A program made the position numbers and the translations under genes. Below, one piece after another: positions 8,043 to 16,662 of a stretch of 30,845 bases of DNA. The notes beneath the pieces were generated by a model, which was given only the letters and a program-made list of their open reading frames with translations, searched no databases and was not told the DNA's origin. Position 1 is the first letter of the stretch. Each line of letters opens with the position of its first letter. Source of the DNA: a bacterium. Lineage in GTDB: Bacteria > Babelota > Babeliae > Babelales > JABCYS01. The stretch covers positions 1 to 30,845 of the forward strand of contig DAIDHG010000005.1 of assembly GCA_027452085.1 (NCBI GenBank), written 5' to 3'.

Positions 8043-9377
8043 TCAAATTTCAAAATTCTTGCTGCGACGCACCTTGTGGTACGAAACGGCAAAATGGTGC
8101 GCGTAATCTCGTAATGCTATTAATAATTTCCCAGTTTCTTTCTTTACGTCAAGTGGTATACCTTGCGGGACAGTGGGGCCATACACGATCTCTTCTCTTT
8201 TTGCCAAGCTGACGCAGACAGCGTTATGTGGCAGGATGGCGAGCACGGCATTGAGCTGCCCTTTGCCGCCATCGATGAGAATGAGGTCGGGTAGATCAAC
8301 AAAGGCTAAATTTTTATCTCGTGCGCTCGTCTCGCCTGAACCAAAGGGCGTGCCCACCGGGCGATATCGCCGCAACACCACTTCTTGCAGGGCCGCGTAA
8401 TCATTTTGCTGCGTTAAGGTGCGCACTCGAAAGCGGCGGAACTTATCTTTCACTGGCACTCCATCGTGAAAACGAATGCATGAGCCTACAATGGCCTGAC
8501 TTTGAAAGTGGGAGATATCAAAGCAATCGATTGTGCGAGGTGCGATTGGTAAGTTAAGCAACTTTTGCAAAGCTGCTGCCACTTCGGGTTTGGGTGTGGG
8601 TTTATATTTGACCGGGGCTGTGGCGATGGCTGTTTCAGATTCGTATTTGCGTTCGTGGTAGCGGGTGCGAATGACATGAAAAATCTGTTCAAAATTAGTC
8701 AGATACCCCTGCAGCTCGCGGGCGCGCTCAAATAAAAATTGTGCATTATATAGAGCTATCTGCGCCTTAAGTGTCTTTACAAAGGCCTTGTGATCGCCTT
8801 CCAGCGCCTGGCGAGCAAGCGATAGGCGAAATCTATATGCCTCAAGATCAAAATTTCCGCGACAATTGCCTGGGCACAGATCAAGATGATAATCCAAACA
8901 TCCAGCGGCTATTTTTTTGTTGCACAGTTTGAGCTTGAACGTGCGCACCAGATAGGTGTGCACTCGCCTTGCTTGCCCTTTTTGAATAAATGGGCCGAAA
9001 TAGATGCCCTTTTTCTTTTTATTACGGACTATCTCAAGACCTGGTAAAGCTGAATTTTTAGCGTTTGTTTCGGTAAATAAGAGGTAGACAAACGGCTGCC
9101 CGTCTTTTAAAAGTACATTAAAATAAGGCTGATGCTCGCTAATCAATTGGGCTTCTAAAAGCAGAGCTTCGGCCTCATTCTTGGTAGCAATAACGGAAAC
9201 ATCGGCAATTTCTGGGACAAGTGCAGCGATCCGCTCCTCTCTATCTTTCTTAAAATAAGAGGACACCCGGGCGCGTAAGACTTTCGCCTTACCGATATAT
9301 ATGACCTCTTGGGCCTTGTTTTTAAATAGGTATACCCCCGGCGTGCGCGGAAGGTTACTGATCTTTGTTTTGTCCAT
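8043..9377 (-). CDS. uvrC: Excinuclease ABC subunit C lacking the C-terminal HhH domain
   Basis: GIY-YIG (PGVYLF..VIYIGKAK.LR.RV.SYF), Cys-rich region, UVR-like segment, RNase H-like domain (CFDISH, NDYA, PDLILIDGGKGQL, LRDYAHHFA), then stop. Confidence 0.93.
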   Translation of the reverse strand: MDKTKISNLPRTPGVYLFKNKAQEVIYIGKAKVLRARVSSYFKKDREERIAALVPEIADVSVIATKNEAEALLLEAQLISEHQPYFNVLLKDGQPFVYLLFTETNAKNSALPGLEIVRNKKKKGIYFGPFIQKGQARRVHTYLVRTFKLKLCNKKIAAGCLDYHLDLCPGNCRGNFDLEAYRFRLSLARQALEGDHKAFVKTLKAQIALYNAQFLFERARELQGYLTNFEQIFHVIRTRYHERKYESETAIATAPVKYKPTPKPEVAAALQKLLNLPIAPRTIDCFDISHFQSQAIVGSCIRFHDGVPVKDKFRRFRVRTLTQQNDYAALQEVVLRRYRPVGTPFGSGETSARDKNLAFVDLPDLILIDGGKGQLNAVLAILPHNAVCVSLAKREEIVYGPTVPQGIPLDVKKETGKLLIALRDYAHHFAVSYHKVRRSKNFEI

Positions 9378-9526
9378 GATCCTATTTTAATGTGTGGGCA
9401 GTGCATTTCAAATGGTAAATGGATGCCAGGTTTGCCCATTTGTCTTTCGTGTGGCCGATGGTTAGTTTGTACTAGAACAGCATTGGGCGGTCTAAGGAGA
9501 TTCTGAACTTAAATTGAGGTTTACCC

Positions 9527-10342
9527 GTGATTAAATCATATAATGCACGCCTACTAATATACCTCATTGTCTTTTTATCCTTTGCTCAGCAAAGCACAGC
9601 CCAGCCGGCTCTATCCGAATCTGCAAAAACTGTTTGTACTGCTGTTGGTACTGCCATCGGCTCATATGGGATGGGCTTGAGTAAATATCTGAGAATTATG
9701 AGCTGGTTGAATGGTCTGTGGGTGCCACCGGTGGTACGGCACTTTGGATTGAAAAAAGCCCAAAAAAGCATTGATCTACAAGAGTCTCACGAGGTTACGC
9801 TGCGGCTACAGAAGTTGTTAAAAGATGGGGGCGCATCTTCGCCAAACGATATAAAGGTGGTTGTCTCTGATGAAGGCTTTAATTTTCTCAATACCTATCT
9901 CGAATTTTTCACCATAGGAAAAACGATCGTAATAAAAAAAGATGCATGGCATGCATTAAATAGTGATGAGCAAGATTTCATTTTAGCTCATGAGGCCGCA
10001 CACGCTTTGGGAAATTTCTTTGCCGCCTCAGATCTGCTGCGTACAGCTTTAGTGGCTTCTGGCGTAATGAGTTGCGAAGTTTTAATCAATTATTTTCAAA
10101 AATGGTACCCCAAAAACCTCTATAAAAAAACCAACATTATGGCAGCGGGCACACTTTTCTATCTGTTGACTCAATTGTCGGGTAAAATACAAACATATCA
10201 TGCACGGGCGGAGGAGAAGCGGGCTGATCTTGCCGCAGCAAAGCTTCTAAAGAAAGGGCACACAGGTGCTGGCCTATTCAAACGCATGCGAGATCATCAG
10301 ATTGAGCAATTAGGCAAAGAGATCAATGATCCGTTACACTGA
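9527..10342 (+). CDS. M48 family zinc metalloprotease, apparently cut short by an in-frame TGA (frame stays open to 10417)
   Basis: Signal-like N-terminus, FILAHEAAH zinc motif, EEKRAD third ligand; C-terminal motif reads H*QLSERIAYL across the stop. Confidence 0.75.
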   Translation: MIKSYNARLLIYLIVFLSFAQQSTAQPALSESAKTVCTAVGTAIGSYGMGLSKYLRIMSWLNGLWVPPVVRHFGLKKAQKSIDLQESHEVTLRLQKLLKDGGASSPNDIKVVVSDEGFNFLNTYLEFFTIGKTIVIKKDAWHALNSDEQDFILAHEAAHALGNFFAASDLLRTALVASGVMSCEVLINYFQKWYPKNLYKKTNIMAAGTLFYLLTQLSGKIQTYHARAEEKRADLAAAKLLKKGHTGAGLFKRMRDHQIEQLGKEINDPLH

Positions 10343-10461
10343 CAGCTTTCTGAGCGTATTGCGTATCTGAATGAATGGGATCGGCAACATAATAATTTGC
10401 TCGTTGCGGCTACATAAAAACTAATTATATTCATCATTTGCTCATCTAGCTGCTTTTATTA

Positions 10462-10477
10462 AGCTATCTAGGTAGCT
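10462..10477. promoter_or_regulatory. Imperfect palindrome, candidate toxin-antitoxin operator
   Basis: AGCTATCTAGGTAGCT (one mismatched pair) ends 20 nt before the antitoxin ATG. Confidence 0.45.
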
Positions 10478-10497
10478 ATTTGTTTTTAGGAGATTCT

Positions 10498-10740
10498 ATG
10501 AATCGCAGAATAGAAGAAGAATATATTCCGGTAGTTCCTGGGGTGAAAACCCAGTTCATGAAAGATACCTTGGGCAATAAAATTGGCGTGTTCTTCACCC
10601 TAGATGCTTATGAAAAATTACTTCAAAAATTAGAAGACGCTGTATTATCGGCTAAGGCACAATCAATTTTAAGAAAACATGAAAGAGAGGATGTTGTTCC
10701 ATTTGAGGTTGTCAAACAAATGGTGCGGAAGAAGAAATAA
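10498..10740 (+). CDS. Type II antitoxin (Phd/RelB-like)
   Basis: 80 aa, QFMKDTLGNKIGVFFTLDAYEKLLQKLED pattern; SD AGGAG before ATG 10498; TAATG overlap with the toxin. Confidence 0.75.
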   Translation: MNRRIEEEYIPVVPGVKTQFMKDTLGNKIGVFFTLDAYEKLLQKLEDAVLSAKAQSILRKHEREDVVPFEVVKQMVRKKK

Positions 10741-11027
10741 TGGCTATGAAAAACCAGTTCAAGGGTTATGCCATTGAATTTAAGAAGTCAGCGGCAAAAG
10801 CTATCAGAATGTTGCCTAACGAGATAGCACAAGAAATAAATCAAAAACTCGAAATTCTTGTTACAAACGAAACACATACGCTTGATGTTCTCAAAATGAT
10901 TGGGCACCCAGATCTTTTTAGGTTGGTTGTTGGAAAATACCGAGTGGTTTTCCAAGCAATCCATCACGAGCTTGTAGTATTTGTGGTGGACGCGGCTCAT
11001 CGTAAAGAAGTTTATCGTCATTTCTAA
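10740..11027 (+). CDS. relE: RelE/ParE family toxin
   Basis: Y.IEF.KSA.K.I..L, FRLVVGKYRVVF, HRKEVY; translationally coupled to the antitoxin. Confidence 0.88.
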   Translation: MAMKNQFKGYAIEFKKSAAKAIRMLPNEIAQEINQKLEILVTNETHTLDVLKMIGHPDLFRLVVGKYRVVFQAIHHELVVFVVDAAHRKEVYRHF

Positions 11028-11108
11028 AATAGATTCTCTCGGATCGCAAAATGCGCTATATTGGCCCCCATTAAAAATGTTGTCTCAACAGCAAAGGGGT
11101 ATCGCACA

Positions 11109-12308
11109 ATGTTTCGCATGAAAAATCTTGTTCTTGGATTATTGGTTATTGGTGGTGGTTGGGTTGGATTGCGCAGTTATTACTATTTCTTTGATGGATC
11201 ACAACCAACCATACAGCTACAAGGTCTTGATAATGAAGGCTCCTATGCAGGAGCGATTCAATGCACGCTCAAAGGTGCAGACAATGCAAAAGTTTCTGAA
11301 ATTTCAATTTTTTTAGACAACTCACCACTCGTTAATAAACGTATTAATAAAAGTTCATTTGAACATCCATTCGCCATCGATTCATTGCACGTTGCCAATG
11401 GCAAACACCAACTGCGCATAGAAGCAGTTAAGGGTTCATACAAAGATATAAAGACAATTGAAGAGCGCACGTTCTACGTTGACAATCAACCGTTGCAGGC
11501 TGCTTTTGTACGACCATCAGCTGATCTAAAAGTTTTCCAAGGCCGCACCTTACATTTGCAATTTCAAGTAAATAAAGAAATTAAACAAGCACACGTAAAA
11601 GCATTCTCACGCAGCTATGACTGTGTGCGTGAATCAAAGCATTCACCAATTTATGAAGCATTTGTGCCAATTGATTGCGAAGAGAATGCAAGTGAATATC
11701 TGTTATCGGTCGAAATCCAGGACAAAGTTGGCAATACACAAACGCTTGAACACAAATTCCAAGTGTTGCCATTTCCTTTTAAAAAACAGATTTTGACGGT
11801 GAACGCTGACGTGGTGCAAAAAGAGGCTGAACTCGGCAGACCTGAGCATGAGCTGCATGATACGGTGGCCGAATGTAGTAAAAAATCGGCACACGAGAAA
11901 TTATGGCGCGGTTCATTCTGTGTGCCGCTTGATATGACTGCGTTGACCTGTGATTTTGGTACTATTCGCACCAACAAAGAACGTGGGCGTTACATGCATA
12001 AGGCTGTAGATCTTGGCGCACGCAAAAAAAGTTCTGTATGGGCTGCGCAGGACGGCGTTGTGGTGGTAAAAGACCGCTTCTCACGTAGCGGAAACACTGT
12101 TGTAGTCGATCATGGCTGTGGTGTCTTGACGTTATACGGACATCTCGATACTTTTGCAAATATAGAAGTTGGATCAAAAGTAGAAAAAGGAAACCCTCTC
12201 GGTATTATGGGTAAGACCGGTTTCGCCACCGGCGATCATTTACATTGGGCACTGCTCGTCAATAATGTTGAGGTTGACCCAATGCAATGGACTACACACA
12301 CGTTTTAA
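11109..12308 (+). CDS. M23 family peptidoglycan endopeptidase with N-terminal anchor and Ig-like region
   Basis: HKAVD and HLH zinc motifs, GNTVVVDHG, TLYGHL, VDPMQW. ATG 11109 follows AAGGGG; the ORF track starts at TTG 11061. Confidence 0.88.
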   Translation: MFRMKNLVLGLLVIGGGWVGLRSYYYFFDGSQPTIQLQGLDNEGSYAGAIQCTLKGADNAKVSEISIFLDNSPLVNKRINKSSFEHPFAIDSLHVANGKHQLRIEAVKGSYKDIKTIEERTFYVDNQPLQAAFVRPSADLKVFQGRTLHLQFQVNKEIKQAHVKAFSRSYDCVRESKHSPIYEAFVPIDCEENASEYLLSVEIQDKVGNTQTLEHKFQVLPFPFKKQILTVNADVVQKEAELGRPEHELHDTVAECSKKSAHEKLWRGSFCVPLDMTALTCDFGTIRTNKERGRYMHKAVDLGARKKSSVWAAQDGVVVVKDRFSRSGNTVVVDHGCGVLTLYGHLDTFANIEVGSKVEKGNPLGIMGKTGFATGDHLHWALLVNNVEVDPMQWTTHTF

Positions 12309-12359
12309 CTGATTTTAACGCCATGATGCTTTGATTGGGTGTTTTGAGGCAAAAAAAAG

Positions 12360-12965
12360 GTGAACTATTTTATCCCCCGAAATAATAAATTTTTCGCGTT
12401 TTTTATAACGCGGAACCGTCTTTTTTGGTATGTGTGCACCATAGGCTCCGTTTGCGTGTTATGGTTTATCTGGTGGCTGGTGCTGTATCAGCCATTGCAG
12501 GCACGTATCGCCAGTGCACAGCATCGCTGCGCGCAACTATCGCAGCAGCAAGTTGAGCTGTCTCGCTATGCACACGAAGTGGCAGAGCTTGAGCAGTTGG
12601 TATCTGGTTTGCGTCATACCTTTGGGCAATGTGCAACCATACCAAATGGATACAAATGCTTGCTGAATTTGCTTCTGGTCAAAGGTGTTGAATCCAATCT
12701 CAAGTTGTTGAGCTGCATGCCGCAACCACCAACGCCGCATGTTTGGTATGTTACCCATCCAGTTGAGCTTTCATTTGCCGGCCAATTTTCTGAAATTATT
12801 GAATATGTTCATTTAGTTGGTGTTACTGATTACTTGCTGTATCCGCGCACCATATCACTAAAAAAATATGTGAACGAAAAATATCCAGAACAACCGCTGG
12901 AACTAGCAATAAAATTTGATCTTATCGAAGTAAAAAACATAGGAGAGCACCATGAGCATTCATAA
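12360..12965 (+). CDS. pilO: PilO/GspM-like assembly protein
   Basis: TM helix, coiled coil, then WY..PVELSFAGQFSEIIEYV, resembling PilO 'P+.+.+.G.Y..+..F'; upstream of the secretin. Confidence 0.6.
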   Translation: MNYFIPRNNKFFAFFITRNRLFWYVCTIGSVCVLWFIWWLVLYQPLQARIASAQHRCAQLSQQQVELSRYAHEVAELEQLVSGLRHTFGQCATIPNGYKCLLNLLLVKGVESNLKLLSCMPQPPTPHVWYVTHPVELSFAGQFSEIIEYVHLVGVTDYLLYPRTISLKKYVNEKYPEQPLELAIKFDLIEVKNIGEHHEHS

Positions 12966-13464
12966 AAAGATGCTGTTATTAATGATGTCTGCTTCAGCGC
13001 ACGCAGCTCAAAAAGAGTTAATCAAGGAAAAACTTATTCGGTTTCCCGAATTTCGTGATCCATTCTCTTGGTTAGCACCGCTACCAACCAATCAGACCAT
13101 AATGCCGCGTGACCTGTTTGCAAAGAAGGAAGTTTTAGCGCATCGCCCAAAACCAGTTGCGCCGAAAAAGGAGATTATTAAAGAGCAGCCGGCACCGGCT
13201 GTGCAAGAGGCACTCATCAACGTGATGAAGGAAATTCAGATGCCTGAAAAAGAGGCAGAAGCGGTAGTGCCACCAACCTGGACGGTAGTTGGTGTAGCCC
13301 ACTCGGGGGCGCGACCATTGGCATTACTAGCCCACGAGGAGCACGGCACCAAACTTGCTCGATTAAATGATGATCTTGGGCAAGGTTGGCGTATCGGAAA
13401 AATCACGGCAAATGGCATTGTATGTAAACATGTAAATGGAGCGGAACAGGAATTAGTGGTATGA
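12952..13464 (+). CDS. pilP: PilP-like protein
   Basis: Signal peptide, RDPF motif, C-terminal beta domain (WTVVGV..ALL..GWRIGKITANGI); lies between pilO and the secretin. Confidence 0.6.
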   Translation: MSIHKKMLLLMMSASAHAAQKELIKEKLIRFPEFRDPFSWLAPLPTNQTIMPRDLFAKKEVLAHRPKPVAPKKEIIKEQPAPAVQEALINVMKEIQMPEKEAEAVVPPTWTVVGVAHSGARPLALLAHEEHGTKLARLNDDLGQGWRIGKITANGIVCKHVNGAEQELVV

Positions 13465-14963
13465 GCAACAAGAATTTTTTTTTCATCATGAACGTAGCGA
13501 TCTGTGGCCTTCAAACACAGGCGGCCATCATCGAAACATTTGAACCTATAAAAAGTAGTGCAGAGCAGCTGCCAACGGGCCCCAAAAAGCCCGTTGTTGC
13601 ACCGGCAAAGAAGAAGGCAAAGCCATTTTCTACAGCGGCTGCAATTCCCGCAGCGCCAAAAAAATCGGTAAAAAAGCCAACAAAAAAATCACCAAACGCG
13701 GTTAAAGAAGCAGTATCATTCGCCACCGATGGTGACATTGAGAAATATCTTGCCAAAACATTTGTTGATGGTGCGCTGCAAGATAAAAAAATCAGCTTGC
13801 GCTCTCGCGCTAAAAACATTCAAGATGTGGTTGAGTTGATCGGCGTTACCGCAGACATTGATTTTGTGATTGACGATGAAGTGAAGGGTACTGTGGGTCG
13901 CGTTCATTTTGTGCAGCGCACTCCTGGTGATATTTTGCAGCTCTTATGCGCAAAAAATAATCCACGGCTTGCATTGATCAAGCAGCAAAAGCTCTGGCGC
14001 ATTATGCTGTACAAAGAAGCGATGGCGCTCTTAAAGCGACAGCACACGACACCGCTTATTCAAAAAACTATTGCGCTCAAACAAACACGGTGCGATGATG
14101 AATTAGTGGCAAAAATAGAAGAGATGTGGCGCTGTGTAACACAACGCGGAAAGCATGAATCTGCCTATTGCTCGATTGATAAGGAAAGCAAAAAAGTTTT
14201 CTTGCGCTGTTGGCCAAGCCAGGCAACTGAAATGGCTGAATTTGTTGCCGCAATCGATTTCCCAACGCCGCAGGTGCGCATTGATGCCGTCGTTGCCACT
14301 GTCGATAATACCTTTGAACAGCAGCTTGGATTTAATTGGTCTATTCAGGGCGGAGATGGTTCTGGCTTAAAATTTCAAGGGCAAAAACAAGCAACAGCGT
14401 TGGTAGCCCCAATGATTTTTTCTGGCTCGAGCCTGACCATGCACAACCTGATGGTTGAGCTGCGCGCGGCTCAAGCTGCATCAAAAGCGAAAATTTTGCT
14501 GAATCCATCAGTGCTTACCAACCATGGCGAAGTTGCTGAGATCATTATTGGTTCAAGTGTGCCTATAAAGACGATGGTTGAAGAGATGGCGCATGGCAAA
14601 TTGCGCAATGTGCAGTCAATCAACTATCAAGAGGTTGGCACCATTTTAAATGTGAAGCCACATATTTCACCAGATCGATCTCGCGTGCAACTAGATATTT
14701 TAGTTGAAAACTCATCGGTCATAGATCATGAAGCAAATGATCATGCACCGACGATTAAAAAGATTCGCACAAAAAATAAAGTGACGCTACGCAGTGGTCA
14801 AACAACCACCATTGGCGGATTGATGCTCAATAAGGATGAGAAGGGAAGCAACGAGATCCCCGTGCTTTCGCGCATCCCAATTTTTGGGGCGCTCTTTAGA
14901 TCTCGTGAACTTAAAAAAGAAGAATCACAATTACTTATCTTTATTACACCGACTATTGTATAA
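13461..14963 (+). CDS. pilQ: PilQ/GspD family secretin
   Basis: N0-like KKISL...DFVIDDEVKG, PQVRIDAVV, LGFNW, PSVLT, VGTILNVKPHI, GQTTTIGGL, IPVLSRIPIFGALFR, LLIFITPTIV. Confidence 0.88.
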   Translation: MSNKNFFFIMNVAICGLQTQAAIIETFEPIKSSAEQLPTGPKKPVVAPAKKKAKPFSTAAAIPAAPKKSVKKPTKKSPNAVKEAVSFATDGDIEKYLAKTFVDGALQDKKISLRSRAKNIQDVVELIGVTADIDFVIDDEVKGTVGRVHFVQRTPGDILQLLCAKNNPRLALIKQQKLWRIMLYKEAMALLKRQHTTPLIQKTIALKQTRCDDELVAKIEEMWRCVTQRGKHESAYCSIDKESKKVFLRCWPSQATEMAEFVAAIDFPTPQVRIDAVVATVDNTFEQQLGFNWSIQGGDGSGLKFQGQKQATALVAPMIFSGSSLTMHNLMVELRAAQAASKAKILLNPSVLTNHGEVAEIIIGSSVPIKTMVEEMAHGKLRNVQSINYQEVGTILNVKPHISPDRSRVQLDILVENSSVIDHEANDHAPTIKKIRTKNKVTLRSGQTTTIGGLMLNKDEKGSNEIPVLSRIPIFGALFRSRELKKEESQLLIFITPTIV

Positions 14964-14969
14964 GCTGTT

Positions 14970-15005
14970 GGGCTGGTTGCGGTAAAGTAGCCGGCCCTTT
15001 TTTTT
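14970..15005 (+). terminator. Rho-independent terminator after pilQ
   Basis: GGGCTGGTTGC-ggtaaa-GTAGCCGGCCC followed by T8. Confidence 0.8.
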
Positions 15006-15007
15006 GC

Positions 15008-16660
15008 TTAAAACAGCTCATCAATCAATTGTGTAATCTGTTTGCTTGATACCTCTGGCCCCATAGCACGATAGAAATTTTCATCATATTCGCGCGTCTG
15101 CACAACCACAGGCATGGCTACTGCATGGCCGAGCAAGAGAGCCTGTTTTTTAGTGTCTAATGAAGCGAGAATTGAGCGTAGATTGTTGGCCCCGCTAATG
15201 CCGGTCAGCACTGCCTGAATATCTTTCTCATCATTCAATTGAGCTACAACCTTTGTGCCTATCTGAGATAAAACTTCCTCATCTATGCCAGACGGGCGCT
15301 GATCAACAACTAATAGCGATACGTAATACTTACGCATTTCTCGGGCAATGGTGCCAAAGATGGTCTGCCGAGCTGCTTGAGGGTTGAGGAATTTATGTGC
15401 TTCTTCGATACAGATCATCAATTTTTTTGGTTCGTCGCTCAGGCTATGCGAGCCTAAATATTTTTCAGTTTTTTCAATGTAACGGGCGTGGATGCGGCGC
15501 GTGATAATATTTGCAATTAAGAGATATACAAAAGTGCCCGTGTAGTTGCCGAATTCTACAATGACACTCATGCCCTTATCTATATATTCAAGCATTTGGT
15601 CAATGACATTTCCGCCACCAAGTAAATCTGGCTGATTCCGATCGCCCTGAGCCTGACGAAGGGTGATAGCGCCACGGCTTGAAGCTTGGAGAAATGGCAG
15701 CCGCTCAAGCCGTTTGAGCTTACGATAGAGAGCTGCAATTGATTCAGGATGAGCCCCTAATTCTTGTGCAAATTCTTTCAGTCGTTCACCCTGGCTCAGC
15801 AGCACTTCAAGCCAATCTTTTTTGTAGCGTGCTGCGATCAAATACGCAGCTTCTAAAGCCGTTGCATGCAGGTTGAGCTCGTCTTGCAATGAAATGACAT
15901 CTTCAACATTGATGGCAGAGTAGGGGATTACTATCTCAACATCGGGTGTGCCGCCGCGCCGGCGGGTGGATTGTGGGTCAAGAGAGAAAAGGGCGACTTT
16001 GTCGGGGAATAATGTTTTGAGTCCTTTTACAAAAGGGCCACCTTCTTTGCGTGCTTGAATACCATATTCACTATGCATATCAAAGATAAGTACACTTGCT
16101 TTTTCTTGCTTGACGATACCGGCCAAAATCAGCCTAGTTAAAAAGGTTTTACCCGTGCCGGATTTGCCAAAAATGCCATTGCTCCGTTCGCATAATCTTT
16201 CTAGATCAATACATACCGGCGTATCCATATCAAGAGGGCATCCAATATTAAAATATCGTTTGCTTGCATCATGCTCATCGCCAAAGATCATATTTACATC
16301 GGCTTTATTTGCTTCATAGACCGTTGCAAAATGAGCAGGGATGGTTTTTACTGGCATCTTTTCATTGGCCTGATTGAGCATGAGCATGGGGCGCAACTGT
16401 GCCGTGGCATACATGTCCTTTTTCTTTAACGCATCCATAAGCAACGGTTCAGTATCGGTGGGTGGGAAGAGCAGAATATCAGGGTGGGTCACTTCTAAGG
16501 CAAGATCGGTGATCAATGAAAAGAATTTATAAGGGCCGCTTTGTACGCAGACAAACTTTCCCGTTTTTATTTCATGTAATGGCGCATCGCAGACAATGCG
16601 CATCAAAAAGCCTTCGGTTAGAGAGCCGGAAACGATGGAGCCAACTTGTTTTTTTGCCAT
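15008..16660 (-). CDS. herA: HerA/FtsK-superfamily (DUF87) ATPase with N-terminal HAS barrel
   Basis: IFGKSGTGKT, LIFDMHSEY, CIEEAHKF, IAREMRKY, VDQRPS motifs. Confidence 0.88.
   Translation of the reverse strand: MAKKQVGSIVSGSLTEGFLMRIVCDAPLHEIKTGKFVCVQSGPYKFFSLITDLALEVTHPDILLFPPTDTEPLLMDALKKKDMYATAQLRPMLMLNQANEKMPVKTIPAHFATVYEANKADVNMIFGDEHDASKRYFNIGCPLDMDTPVCIDLERLCERSNGIFGKSGTGKTFLTRLILAGIVKQEKASVLIFDMHSEYGIQARKEGGPFVKGLKTLFPDKVALFSLDPQSTRRRGGTPDVEIVIPYSAINVEDVISLQDELNLHATALEAAYLIAARYKKDWLEVLLSQGERLKEFAQELGAHPESIAALYRKLKRLERLPFLQASSRGAITLRQAQGDRNQPDLLGGGNVIDQMLEYIDKGMSVIVEFGNYTGTFVYLLIANIITRRIHARYIEKTEKYLGSHSLSDEPKKLMICIEEAHKFLNPQAARQTIFGTIAREMRKYYVSLLVVDQRPSGIDEEVLSQIGTKVVAQLNDEKDIQAVLTGISGANNLRSILASLDTKKQALLLGHAVAMPVVVQTREYDENFYRAMGPEVSSKQITQLIDELF
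15638..15668. repeat. Second copy of the palindromic element, in-frame in herA
   Basis: CCG-ATCGCCCT-GAGCCTGACGA-AGGGTGAT; encodes ITLRQAQGDR. Confidence 0.72.
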
Positions 16661-16662
16661 GT

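Noticed and set aside
9394..9439. Inverted repeat TGGGCA...TGCCCA in the uvrC/M48 divergent spacer
   Set aside because: Short stem, no U-tract and no recognisable operator; cannot be distinguished from chance.
8043..10342. TGA recoding (code 4 or 25) to explain the M48 and uvrC stops
   Set aside because: TGA ends tpiA, pilP and comM at expected positions, RF2 with SPF is present, and uvrC read-through gives no HhH.
15431..15443. TTCGTCGCTCAGG in herA as another element copy
   Set aside because: Short, lacks the closing stem; compatible with chance.
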